Assembly (NCBI GenBank): GCA_016735295.1
Contig: JAERRU010000015.1
Coordinates: 3,029-67,028, forward strand
DNA length: 64,000 bases
Direction: 5' to 3'
Origin: SAR324 cluster bacterium
GTDB lineage: Bacteria; SAR324; XYD2-FULL-50-16; JAERRU01
Of the stretch, positions 49,686-59,290 are shown piece after piece. Position numbers and translations under genes: made by a program. Each line of letters starts with the position of its first letter. Within the stretch, counting starts at the first letter, position 1. The notes under the pieces are model-generated. The model was not told where the DNA came from. It saw nothing but the letters and a program-made list of their open reading frames with translations, and searched no databases.

Positions 49686-52043
49686 ATGTTGATTTGGCCA
49701 AGTGTTTCCTGTTTAACATTAAGACTTTTTAGATTATTTTTTTTTGTGTGGGGGGTTATTTCGCTTTTTTCTTATCAAGAAGTTAGAGCCCAATCTATTT
49801 CAAATTACTCTTCTAACAGAACTGAATTTTCGGTAGGCCAGGAAAAGATTGAATATGAGAATCCTCATTTCACGGTAGGCACGGCTACAATCAAGGCTAA
49901 CCGCGCTTCATTAAACACTAAAACCAACCTGATAAGCCTTTGGGGTGTGGTTTATAGTGATCACCCCATCTTCCTTTATGCTCACGAGGCTGAGATTGAT
50001 GTAAACCAAATCAGCATTGAGCTAACTGATATATCTTTGTTTGATAGCGTTAATAAAATTTATGCTCGGGCAAAATTTGCGAAAAGATTAACTGGCGATA
50101 AATATTATATTGAGGGTGGGTTTTTCACCCAATGCCCAGCTGGTGAAGATGCTTGGGAAATGAGGGCTGATAAGATGTATTATGAAATTGAGAACTATGC
50201 ATTTGGCTACCACGCTTGGTTTAGGTTTTATGATATTCCAATTTTATATTCTCCGGTATACGCTTTTCCCACCACTACTAAGCGTAAGAGTGGATTTTTA
50301 CTACCTGCTGTAAGCATAAAGAATATTTCAAAAGGAAATGGGTATGGCATAATGAGCCGCACGCCTTATTTTATAAATATTGCTCCCGACCAAGATATCA
50401 CCATTAATGGAGAAATATATACTGGCCGTGGGCTAGCTTTGGGGATAGAATATAATTTTGCGTTTAATCAGCAGCAAAAGGGGCAATTATTTGGTTGGTC
50501 AATTGCAGAATCATTTGCTCAGAGAAAATTAGGTGAAGAATATCGAATGACCGATGATAACGACAAGAACCCGACTAGGCATCATTTTTATTTTTCTTAT
50601 CAAGATACGATCAGTAAATATGGATCTTTACAAATTACTGGAATAATCAATAGTGATAGCCGCCTATTAGATGATTATCCTATTGCCAAAAATGGGGTTA
50701 GCGATATTTATAATTACGATGATAGAAAAAGATATATGTCCGCTTCGATGATATTTTCACATAGCGATCATTTATTTTCTGTTTATCATGATTTGAATGA
50801 AAGATTTTTATATTCATCAAGATATGATAAAAAGGGCGATGATAATAGCTTAAGCCAATCTAGTTTGGGCTACGAGAAGAGTTGGTTTAATGTTTTTAAG
50901 AGTAATTTAAGTTTTATATTTAGGCATGATACCACCAATTTTAATCGACAAATTGGCTGGAACGCTCAAAAGAATAAATCCGTATTTACCTTAAAATATC
51001 CTCATAAGATAGCAACGTTAGATATTTATTATGACTTTACCTACGAATTTTTGCATTATAATACTCGCTATATAGGCCCGAGGGTAGGTAATTTTAATTT
51101 TAATTCACCAGAAAATTTTGCTTTTCAAAGATTCACTAACAAGATTTTATTATCTAATAAATTTCGCTTTATTTCCCCAAAGAATAACACTAAGCTAAAA
51201 ATTATTCCTTTTATAGAATTTACTGAAAGAAGTGATATTGAACAGCGAGGATTATTAAAAATTAATTCTCAAGCTAAATTTAGCTATACAAATAGTGACT
51301 ATAGCTCTTATCAAAGAAAACTTTCTGGTGAATCATTTTTATTAACCCGTAAAAGTGTTGATCTCGGCTTATCCCTAACTCTCAAAAAGAGAAATAAAAA
51401 TCCATATTTAAATTTTAAGCTATCTAGCACTTGGGACCTTTTAGATGGTATGAATAATTCTAAGAGTATATATAAGGGTCCAATAATAGAAGAAGGTTAC
51501 CAAGAAATAGGTAGGGTGCAAAAGTTTAATTTGCTCCGATTTTCAGGCTTTTATCATCCTAATAAACATTTATTTATTAATACCAAATTTCGCTATCATA
51601 TAGATGAAAATAATCTGTTAGAGCGTAAAATTGGGCTATCTTTTCAACCAGAAAGAAAGACTTCTGCTAGAATCACCTATTATCAAAATGATAAAAATTA
51701 TAAAGATTTAGATGGAGGATTATTTCCTAAGGCTGAAAATTTAACGATCAATAGTTATTTCATATTAACTTCTCGCTGGAATGTTAGGCTAGGCAATACT
51801 TGGAATTTTTTACGCAAAGATTTGCTGACTAACGCAAGATACCAGAGGCTGGATAATCTTTTAACTTATAGCAATATCGATTTTAATTATCGCCACTGTT
51901 GTTATAATATTAGCTTAGGCTATCGAGAGAATCTACGAACGAGAACCATTGCTAATGGAAATATTGAAGAATATATTGAGCAAAGTATATATTTGAATTT
52001 TGGTATTTTAGATAATGAACTTAAGATTAACTCATATTTTTAA
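49686..52043 (+). CDS. lptD: LPS-assembly protein LptD
   Basis: FTQCP...W, PILYSP...RKSGFLLP, PYFINIAPDQD and C-terminal HCCY features. Confidence 0.85.
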   Translation: MLIWPSVSCLTLRLFRLFFFVWGVISLFSYQEVRAQSISNYSSNRTEFSVGQEKIEYENPHFTVGTATIKANRASLNTKTNLISLWGVVYSDHPIFLYAHEAEIDVNQISIELTDISLFDSVNKIYARAKFAKRLTGDKYYIEGGFFTQCPAGEDAWEMRADKMYYEIENYAFGYHAWFRFYDIPILYSPVYAFPTTTKRKSGFLLPAVSIKNISKGNGYGIMSRTPYFINIAPDQDITINGEIYTGRGLALGIEYNFAFNQQQKGQLFGWSIAESFAQRKLGEEYRMTDDNDKNPTRHHFYFSYQDTISKYGSLQITGIINSDSRLLDDYPIAKNGVSDIYNYDDRKRYMSASMIFSHSDHLFSVYHDLNERFLYSSRYDKKGDDNSLSQSSLGYEKSWFNVFKSNLSFIFRHDTTNFNRQIGWNAQKNKSVFTLKYPHKIATLDIYYDFTYEFLHYNTRYIGPRVGNFNFNSPENFAFQRFTNKILLSNKFRFISPKNNTKLKIIPFIEFTERSDIEQRGLLKINSQAKFSYTNSDYSSYQRKLSGESFLLTRKSVDLGLSLTLKKRNKNPYLNFKLSSTWDLLDGMNNSKSIYKGPIIEEGYQEIGRVQKFNLLRFSGFYHPNKHLFINTKFRYHIDENNLLERKIGLSFQPERKTSARITYYQNDKNYKDLDGGLFPKAENLTINSYFILTSRWNVRLGNTWNFLRKDLLTNARYQRLDNLLTYSNIDFNYRHCCYNISLGYRENLRTRTIANGNIEEYIEQSIYLNFGILDNELKINSYF

Positions 52044-52761
52044 ATATAGGGCGAAGTGGCCACTTTCGCTAAGCCTATTGCTAATTCTATTATTAAGCAA
52101 AATTTGGATTGTGGAGCGTGCCACAGCACAAGTTAGTACTTACCAGAATTATTTAGATTATGAAGCACAGTATCCTGATTTATTAACTCAAGTATTGCCT
52201 CATAAAGCGGTAACTGCTCATTCATCGCAAGGGATTGCTTATCAAAAATACTGCTATTTAAGCCTAGGCAGTGATGCATTTGATATTAAATGGGGTGATA
52301 ATAGAAAAAGCAGCTCAGCTCAATTATCCCAAGGAATGAGCGGTATATTAGGCTGCCGATATTTGAGCTGGGGGGTAAATTTTGTGACTAAGCAAAATTT
52401 GATAAGTCTTGATTTTAACCATATAGATTATGGACAATCTGACTTTGTGTCTATAGACGCTTCGGGGGTTGGGGTAGATTATTTGATTTATCAAATTGAT
52501 CATAGGCTAACATTTCATACCGGAATTATTCTATACGAATCAAACTTAGCTTTTTCTAGCAAAAACAGTGGAGGTGGGGCTAAAATGATAGAAAATAAAT
52601 CTTATAAAAGATATTTAGGTGGTATAGTTGGTCAGATAAGTTATTTTTTTAGTAATCAATTGGCAATTTCGCTTTATTATGAGAGTATTTTACCAAAAAG
52701 CACTCCTTGGCAAAATTCATTAGGATTATACTTTAGTTTTCATAGTTTAATTAATCGTTAA
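52015..52761 (+). CDS. Exported hypothetical protein, possible outer-membrane beta-barrel
   Basis: Signal-like hydrophobic N-terminus; alternating aromatic C-terminal strands (LGLYFSF); overlaps lptD. Confidence 0.55.
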   Translation: MNLRLTHIFKYRAKWPLSLSLLLILLLSKIWIVERATAQVSTYQNYLDYEAQYPDLLTQVLPHKAVTAHSSQGIAYQKYCYLSLGSDAFDIKWGDNRKSSSAQLSQGMSGILGCRYLSWGVNFVTKQNLISLDFNHIDYGQSDFVSIDASGVGVDYLIYQIDHRLTFHTGIILYESNLAFSSKNSGGGAKMIENKSYKRYLGGIVGQISYFFSNQLAISLYYESILPKSTPWQNSLGLYFSFHSLINR

Positions 52762-52927
52762 ATTTTTTGAAAATTATAAATACTATCGGCATATAAATTC
52801 CACTCGGCGTAGTTTGGTGATATGATTAATTATAGATTAATCATAATATTAGCTAGAAGAATATATACTATTAATGAATCAATATCTATTATAACAATCT
52901 GATAACTAGAAAAGGAGGATTATTATT

Positions 52928-53680
52928 ATGCATCAAGGTAAAAAAGTAGCTTTCGTAACAGGAGGCACTGGGGGCATAGGAACTGCCATATGCCAAGAAT
53001 TATATACTCATGGTTATTTTGTAGTAGCTGGATATTATAGCAGTGGCAACCATGGGCAAGCTAAAGAATGGGCGATAAAGCAAAAGGAGGATGGATATAA
53101 ACTAGAAATCGCTTATGGGGAAATTACTAAATTTGATTCTTGCCAAAAGTGTATTAATGAAATTGTAGAAAAATTCGGTAAAATAAGTATTCTAGTAAAT
53201 AATGCCGGCATTACCAGAGACGCAACTTTTAGCAAGATGTCTTTAGAGCAGTGGACCGACGTGGTATCGGTTAACTTAAATAGCGTGTTTATGATGACTA
53301 AATTAGTTATAGAAGGCATGCTAGAAGAAAAATGGGGTAGAATTATTAATATTTCTTCAATTAACGCCCAAAAAGGACAATTTGGCCAAAGTAATTATTC
53401 GGCAGCTAAAGCTGGAATGCATGGATTTACTAAAGCTTTGGCGTTAGAAGTAGCACGCAAGGGTATTACTGTAAACACTATTTCCCCTGGATATATTGAA
53501 ACTAAAATGATTGCTGATATTGATAGTGCTATTAAAAAGGAAATTTTGAAAAGCATTCCTATGGGCAGGTTTGGTCAACCATCAGAAATAGGTAAACTGG
53601 TGAGTTTTTTATCTAGCGATAGTGCCTCTTTTATCACAGGGGCTAATATCTCCATTAATGGCGGCCAACATATGATGTAA
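52928..53680 (+). CDS. phaB: Acetoacetyl-CoA reductase
   Basis: TGGTGGIG, NNAGITRD, KGQFGQSNYSAAKAGMHGFTK and INGGQHM motifs; SD AAGGAGG at 52912-52918. Confidence 0.9.
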   Translation: MHQGKKVAFVTGGTGGIGTAICQELYTHGYFVVAGYYSSGNHGQAKEWAIKQKEDGYKLEIAYGEITKFDSCQKCINEIVEKFGKISILVNNAGITRDATFSKMSLEQWTDVVSVNLNSVFMMTKLVIEGMLEEKWGRIINISSINAQKGQFGQSNYSAAKAGMHGFTKALALEVARKGITVNTISPGYIETKMIADIDSAIKKEILKSIPMGRFGQPSEIGKLVSFLSSDSASFITGANISINGGQHMM

Positions 53681-53708
53681 TTATCGGATAATCATCATCG
53701 GGTGCTGG

Positions 53709-53755
53709 TTAGCTGGCTAGATGGGTAGCTGACTAATAATAGTTTAGCCAGCTAA
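53709..53755. terminator. Inverted repeat between convergent phaB and prenyltransferase genes; possible terminator or stability hairpin
   Basis: TTAGCTGGCTA (53709-53719) and TAGCCAGCTAA (53745-53755) form a perfect 11-bp stem with a 25-nt loop; no clear U-tract. Confidence 0.4.
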
Positions 53756-53769
53756 AAATATTGTTGGTT

Positions 53770-54792
53770 TTATAACACAAACTTTAACATCAACGCATCA
53801 ACTAAGACCGCTAAAATATAAAGAGGGCCAAATATCTTATCATACCTTGTAGAAGCTACCGTATAATAAAGTGGCCAAGCCTGCTTTAATACTTTATCTT
53901 TTATCTCATCTTTCCCAGTAGGGCGTCGGCTAGCATAAATTTTTATGGTAGTAATCAATTTAGGAATAGCAAGTAGCGTGATTGCTATAGTAAAATGGAA
54001 AAAACCCACCATATAAAGAGCAAAAATTATCACAAAAGGTGTGATTAAACTAACTATCTCTATTCTTCTCGCCCAATCCATCCCTAATAAAACAGGTAAA
54101 GTTTTGATGTTTCCCTTTTTATATTCATTATATTTATCCATATGGGCACCAAGCAAAACACCAGACACACCCAAAGAATAGGGAATACTAGCTAGCAAAA
54201 CATAATTACTCCACTCCCCAGTAATCACATAATAACCGCCCCCAATCATCAAAGGCCCCCAACTAATAGTGGTTACTATATTACCTAGTCCCATCACTTT
54301 GAAGGGCCATGTATAAAAGGTTACGGCTATCGCTCCACTCAAAAATAAAATCCAAATACCGATATCTTGATTTTTGATATACAACAAAGCAAAACCCACC
54401 GCTAAAGCCCCTATCGCAGAGACACTAGCGTATCTTATGATAAATGCTGATTTTGACATATAACCAGAAGCTAATGGATGAGCAGCATATCCATGCCTAT
54501 ATCCGGCCTTATCATCGTCTACACCCATAACATGATCAGTTATATCATTAAAAAAGTTAACTGTGGCATGAGATAAAACCAGCCCCAAACTAACCAATAA
54601 CCAAATGCCTATATCTAGCTTTTGAGCGTGCAAAGCAAAAAAACATAGTAAAATAGAAGCAAAAATAGTCGGTGGAAAAAATGATCCGCGCACCGCGATC
54701 AACCACCGAGAAATTATATCAAGCTCTTTCCACTCATCTTGAGAAACGTGCTGAGCCACCGTTAAAGATTTAACCCACATAGAAACATTCAT
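53770..54792 (-). CDS. UbiA-family prenyltransferase, MenA-like
   Basis: NFFNDITDHVMGVDD, YTWPFK..GLG and GNIKTLPV motifs; multi-TM. Confidence 0.8.
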   Translation of the reverse strand: MNVSMWVKSLTVAQHVSQDEWKELDIISRWLIAVRGSFFPPTIFASILLCFFALHAQKLDIGIWLLVSLGLVLSHATVNFFNDITDHVMGVDDDKAGYRHGYAAHPLASGYMSKSAFIIRYASVSAIGALAVGFALLYIKNQDIGIWILFLSGAIAVTFYTWPFKVMGLGNIVTTISWGPLMIGGGYYVITGEWSNYVLLASIPYSLGVSGVLLGAHMDKYNEYKKGNIKTLPVLLGMDWARRIEIVSLITPFVIIFALYMVGFFHFTIAITLLAIPKLITTIKIYASRRPTGKDEIKDKVLKQAWPLYYTVASTRYDKIFGPLYILAVLVDALMLKFVL

Positions 54793-54985
54793 TGCACAAC
54801 TAATAAAAATTAATATTTACTTCGTACCAAAAAAAATAACCATAACTAAATAATTAACACATTGCAATAGAATATCTAAAGCTCATTATTAATGAAGATA
54901 GCATCTATTATATAACCAGTTTTTTGTTTCGCTAAACCCTTTTTGAATTATAAAAATAATCTCTATCTCCAGATTGAGCGTGCAT

Positions 54986-55537
54986 TTATATTTTATTAAA
55001 TATTTTTGTGTTCATTTGCACATAACAAGAAAATTGATGCACATTTTCCCAAAATTCAATAATTTTATTTTCCGGTAAATTATAGATAATCGATTCTTGA
55101 ATTTTAATTTTTTTCACATTTTGCCAACGATCATTATCAATTACCAACATCTTTTTATTTATTTTATGCATCCCAATCTCTAAACTCACTTGAGCTCTCA
55201 TATAAAGTAAAGAAATCAAATTAACTCCCATCGCTTTGATTACTGATTCTAAAAAAATCAACGAATTATTGGTGGCAGGTTCTGCCAAAATAGATTTAGC
55301 CCCGCCGATAGGCTTAATATTCAAAGCGAAAATTGCTAAATCTGATATTTTTTGCCAAAAAACTTTTGGGATATAAAGGTGATGTTCATGCTTTAACCAA
55401 TCATTATTTTCAGCTAAAACTATATTATCTTGCAAATAACGATATCGGTGCAAAATAGCGTGAAATATAGCCCTATCAATAATATCTATTTGGTCACGAA
55501 ACACAATTAACCGGCTCTTAGCAGATTCTTTTTTCAC
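54986..55537 (-). CDS. Chorismate mutase (AroQ)-like protein with two tandem partial domains
   Basis: LIVFRDQIDIIDRAI..R followed by a second LLYMR...IGMHK...IDNDRW...S...Q segment. Confidence 0.7.
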   Translation of the reverse strand: MKKESAKSRLIVFRDQIDIIDRAIFHAILHRYRYLQDNIVLAENNDWLKHEHHLYIPKVFWQKISDLAIFALNIKPIGGAKSILAEPATNNSLIFLESVIKAMGVNLISLLYMRAQVSLEIGMHKINKKMLVIDNDRWQNVKKIKIQESIIYNLPENKIIEFWENVHQFSCYVQMNTKIFNKI

Positions 55538-55585
55538 TATATTACTTAATTACTTATAATTATAACTATCACTATTGCCTATCAC

Positions 55586-56959
55586 TTAATCTTTAAAATT
55601 AGGTGGTATGATATCATATTTTTTTATTATTATATGCAAATAACTACGCACAACACCAATCTTTTTAGCCGTTTCTGAAATATTCCAATCGTATTTTTTC
55701 AAATTAGCAATAAAATAATCTCTTTCAAATAAAGCTTTCGCTTCTTTGAAATTGACGTGCTGTTTGGTTGTATTAACCAATTTAGTTGCCCCATTTTTTT
55801 GCAGTTCTTCCCCTAAATGAGAAGGCAAAATTTCATTTTCTTCAACCAAAATAAGCAATCGCTCCACAGTATTTTTTAATTCCCTCACATTACCAGGCCA
55901 ATCATATGCCTGCAAAAGCTTAATCGCTGATTGGCTTATTTTTTTCGCCGGTAAAGACTGCTTCACAAATTCTTTGATAAAATAATCCACCAACAAAGCA
56001 ATATCATCTTTTCTATTACGCAAAGGAGGCAGCTTAATAGGAATTATCGCCAATCGGTAATAAAGATCTTCGCGGAACAATCCTTGGGTAATCAAATCTT
56101 GTAAATCCTTGTTAGTCGCCGATATAACCCTAACATCAACTCTTATATGCTCTTTTCCTCCCACCGGTTGAATTTTCTGATCATCTAACGCCCTTAATAC
56201 TTTAGATTGTGCATTTAGGCTCATATCCCCGATTTCATCAAGAAATAAAGTCCCTTGATTAGCCTGTTCAAATTTGCCAATAGTCTTTTCAAATGCTCCC
56301 GTAAAAGAACCTTTCTCGTGCCCAAAAAGCTCACTTTCAATTAATGTATCAGGAATAGCGGCGCAATTAACTGCGATAAATGGCTTCTCAGCTCGGGCGC
56401 TATTTAGGTGTATTTGCCTTGCTATTAGCTCTTTGCCCGTGCCATTTTCACCTAAAATTATCACTCGGCTATTGGTTTTGGCAATAGTATTTATATTTTT
56501 AATAATATCTTTAGTCGCTTTACTTTTACCTATTATTAAATATTTATCTTTAATCAGGTAATTTTTTAAATTCTTATTTTCCTTCTTTAATTGATACGAC
56601 TGGCAGGTATGATTAAGTAAATGATAAATTTTATCTACGGAAAATGGTTTTTCCAAAAAATCATAAGCCCCTATTTTCAGAGCCTGAACTGCCAATTCAA
56701 TATTACCGTGACCTGATATCATTATTACTGGTATATGAGGATAGTCTTTTTTTATAATTTGCAAAACTTCTATCCCACTCATCGAATCCATCCAAATATC
56801 CAATAAAATAGTTTGGATGCACTTATCTTGTTTCAGCAGTGCCAACCCCGCTTTACCAGAATCAGCTAAAAGTGCTGTTAACCCTTTATCGGCCAGTAAA
56901 TCTTGAAGAGTTTTTCGTATTTTTGAATCGTCATCTATAATAAGTATCTTATTTGTCAT
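55586..56959 (-). CDS. Sigma-54-dependent response regulator (NtrX/NtrC family)
   Basis: Receiver domain (LLDIWM), GENGTGKE, ESELFGHEKGSFTGA, WPGNVRELKN and a C-terminal HTH. Confidence 0.93.
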   Translation of the reverse strand: MTNKILIIDDDSKIRKTLQDLLADKGLTALLADSGKAGLALLKQDKCIQTILLDIWMDSMSGIEVLQIIKKDYPHIPVIMISGHGNIELAVQALKIGAYDFLEKPFSVDKIYHLLNHTCQSYQLKKENKNLKNYLIKDKYLIIGKSKATKDIIKNINTIAKTNSRVIILGENGTGKELIARQIHLNSARAEKPFIAVNCAAIPDTLIESELFGHEKGSFTGAFEKTIGKFEQANQGTLFLDEIGDMSLNAQSKVLRALDDQKIQPVGGKEHIRVDVRVISATNKDLQDLITQGLFREDLYYRLAIIPIKLPPLRNRKDDIALLVDYFIKEFVKQSLPAKKISQSAIKLLQAYDWPGNVRELKNTVERLLILVEENEILPSHLGEELQKNGATKLVNTTKQHVNFKEAKALFERDYFIANLKKYDWNISETAKKIGVVRSYLHIIIKKYDIIPPNFKD

Positions 56960-57139
56960 AAATCCTACCTTATTGATATTACAGACTTTTAAAGCTAAAT
57001 TTAATAAAATCTAACCTATTATTTTATTTTTATATAAAAATTACTTGCAAATCACACACAAAGAGCAGTAAACTAGTTCCATATATCTAATAATTATTTA
57101 TAAAAGCAATTAAATAATCAAACATCAACCAGATAAATC

Positions 57140-58024
57140 ATGAAATTTGTTGATCACGATAGCTTTAAGTTGGCTGATTATTGCATCAGTGCTGATGAAT
57201 ATCTACTCAAAATGAAAGAACATCCTAAGCCAATAGTACTAGATATAAGAGAAAAAGAAGTCTATCTCAGCGGAACTATAGAAAATGCATATAATTTACC
57301 CTATAGTGAGTTCGCAGAAAGACTAATTCAATTACCTCCATTTGGTACTATCATAATATATTCTGATGAAAAAAATCAACAAATAGACAAAACCGTTAAA
57401 TTATTATGGGAAAATGGGTTTAGCGATATCTTCTATGTCGATAAAGGATATCAATCAATTGTGGCTAGCTTATTTGAAGTATCAGATGATGTTTTGGATA
57501 AATGCATAGGCTTTTTAAAAGAGAATAACGCTAAAGCGATAAAATTAAATGTAGCAGCCTACGAACTAGGCTATGACTTGGTAAATGAAAATCCAGATCC
57601 TGAAGAATATAAAGAGGTAGTGATAAATAACTTAATCATTTATTTTTCTCACCGCAAGCTAAGGCTAGTAGAAGGTACAATTATAAATTGGCAAGACGGC
57701 AAGCCTAGCTTAGATCATCCTAGATTACACCAAGAAAGACCCAAAGAATCCTTAAAGGAAAGAGTGCAAAAATTATTAGACCAACAAGTAAACCCATCAG
57801 TCGCTTCTCATGGCGGGGATGTAAAATTAATTGATGTGAAGGACGATGTAGCCTATATCGAAATGATGGGTGGGTGCAAAGGCTGTGGGCAATCGGCAGC
57901 CACTCTAAAAAATGGTATTGAAGCGGCAATTTTTCATGGTGTTCCTGAAATTTCACAAGTTTTAGATACCACCGACCACGCCTCAGGCACTAATCCCTAT
58001 TATCAAAGCGACGCCAATGCTTAG
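57140..58024 (+). CDS. Rhodanese-like domain fused to an NfuA/NifU-C Fe-S carrier
   Basis: VLDIRE..Y..GTI.NA rhodanese fold; VNPSVASHGG, GGCKGC and TDHASGTNPYY NfuA motifs. Confidence 0.85.
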   Translation: MKFVDHDSFKLADYCISADEYLLKMKEHPKPIVLDIREKEVYLSGTIENAYNLPYSEFAERLIQLPPFGTIIIYSDEKNQQIDKTVKLLWENGFSDIFYVDKGYQSIVASLFEVSDDVLDKCIGFLKENNAKAIKLNVAAYELGYDLVNENPDPEEYKEVVINNLIIYFSHRKLRLVEGTIINWQDGKPSLDHPRLHQERPKESLKERVQKLLDQQVNPSVASHGGDVKLIDVKDDVAYIEMMGGCKGCGQSAATLKNGIEAAIFHGVPEISQVLDTTDHASGTNPYYQSDANA

Positions 58025-58044
58025 GACTATGATGGATGCTGTTG

Positions 58045-58584
58045 TCGCCAGATTTTATTATATGAATTAAGAGCGGCTATCACCTAATCCATCATAAAAG
58101 CAGTGGCTTATTGGTGATATGATTATCTGAACCATCATAAAATAGTTGCCATTAATGATGTAATTATCTCCATATTTTATCGTACAAATTTAGACTCGCC
58201 ATCACCTAATCCATCATAAAAAGCGGTGGCTTATTGGTGATTTGATTATCTGAACCATCATAAAACGCTTGCCATTAACGATGTAATCATCGCCATATTT
58301 TATTATATGAATTAAGACCGGCTATCACCTAATTCATCATAAAAAATGGTGGCTTATTGGTGATTTAATTATCTGAACCATCATAAAACGCTTGCCATTA
58401 ACTATGTAAATTTAGACTCGCCATCACCTAATCCATCATAAAAAATGGTGGCTTATTGGTGATATGATTATCTGAACCATCATAAAACGCTTGCCATTAA
58501 CGATGTAATCATCGCCAGATTTTATTATATGAATTAAGCCCGGCTATCACTTAATTCATCATAAAAGCAGTGGCTATTGGTGAT
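58045..58584. repeat. Tandem array of about 122-bp units, about 4.5 copies, each with an internal inverted repeat
   Basis: ATCAC(C/T)TAAT anchors at 58079, 58201, 58324, 58423 and 58546, each followed by ATTGGTGAT; CATCATAAAA occurs twice per unit. Confidence 0.95.
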
Positions 58585-58614
58585 GTAATATTGCCTTTTT
58601 AGGAGATAGATGAC

Positions 58615-58854
58615 CTAAGGAGCCCTAGTTATAACATTCAGCGCGTGCACCCTATCTCGAAAAATATCACCGAGTGCTTGATACACCATTTTATGTTGCT
58701 CCACCAAACTTTGTGAAATAAATTCCTTGCTAATCACACAAACTGATAAATGGCTGCCATCGCCTTTTTGATCCACCAAATCTATCTTAGCATCTGGGAA
58801 TCTCTTTTTTAGCAATTCTTCAATTTTTTGAGTACTAACATCTATTATTCTCAT
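58615..58854 (-). CDS. bolA: BolA/IbaG family protein
   Basis: GDGSH..V.VIS.EF...SLVEQHKMVYQAL...VHAL motif. Confidence 0.9.
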   Translation of the reverse strand: MRIIDVSTQKIEELLKKRFPDAKIDLVDQKGDGSHLSVCVISKEFISQSLVEQHKMVYQALGDIFRDRVHALNVITRAP

Positions 58855-58935
58855 AATATATCTCTCACAATTAACGATTAATCTTATAAAGACTTAGTAA
58901 ATCCATAAAATAGATCACAAAACAAACAATGCCAA

Positions 58936-59018
58936 TGCCGAGAAGGAGGGTCGAACTCCTATGAGCAAAGCCCACACGGCCCTGAACCGTGCGCGTCTAC
59001 CAATTTCGCCACCTCGGC
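58936..59018 (-). tRNA. tRNA-Leu (anticodon CAG); CCA not encoded
   Basis: GCCGAGGTGGCGAAATTGGTAGACGCG-CACGG-TTCAGGG-CCGTG, variable arm, GGAGTTCGACCCTCC-TTCTCGGCA cloverleaf. Confidence 0.95.
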
Positions 59019-59037
59019 TGGCACAAATCAAAATTTT

Positions 59038-59290
59038 ATTCCATCAGCCAAAAATTACCACTGCCAATCTTTTAACATCTGACAAAGCAACCTAACATCA
59101 ACTCCTGTCGCTACTTTGCTTTGATTCCATCAACCAAAATTACCACTGCCAATCTTTTAACATCTGACAAAGTAACCTACCATCAACTCCTGTCGCTACT
59201 TTGCTTTGATTCCATCAACCAAAATTACCACTGCCAATCTTTTAACATCTGACAAAGCAACCTGACTCCAACTCCTGTCGCTCCTTTACT
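59038..59290. repeat. Three tandem 85-86-bp copies of the pepA 3' end
   Basis: ATTCCATC anchors at 59038, 59124 and 59209; each copy reads ...ATGV..RLLCQMLKDWQW* on the minus strand. Confidence 0.97.

Noticed and set aside
58045..58584. CRISPR array or MITE cluster
   Set aside because: No unique spacers, no terminal inverted repeats with target-site duplications, and no copies elsewhere in the window
58936..59290. Prophage or island attachment site at tRNA-Leu
   Set aside because: The duplicated DNA is the pepA end on the tRNA 5' side, not the tRNA 3' end; there is no integrase or cargo
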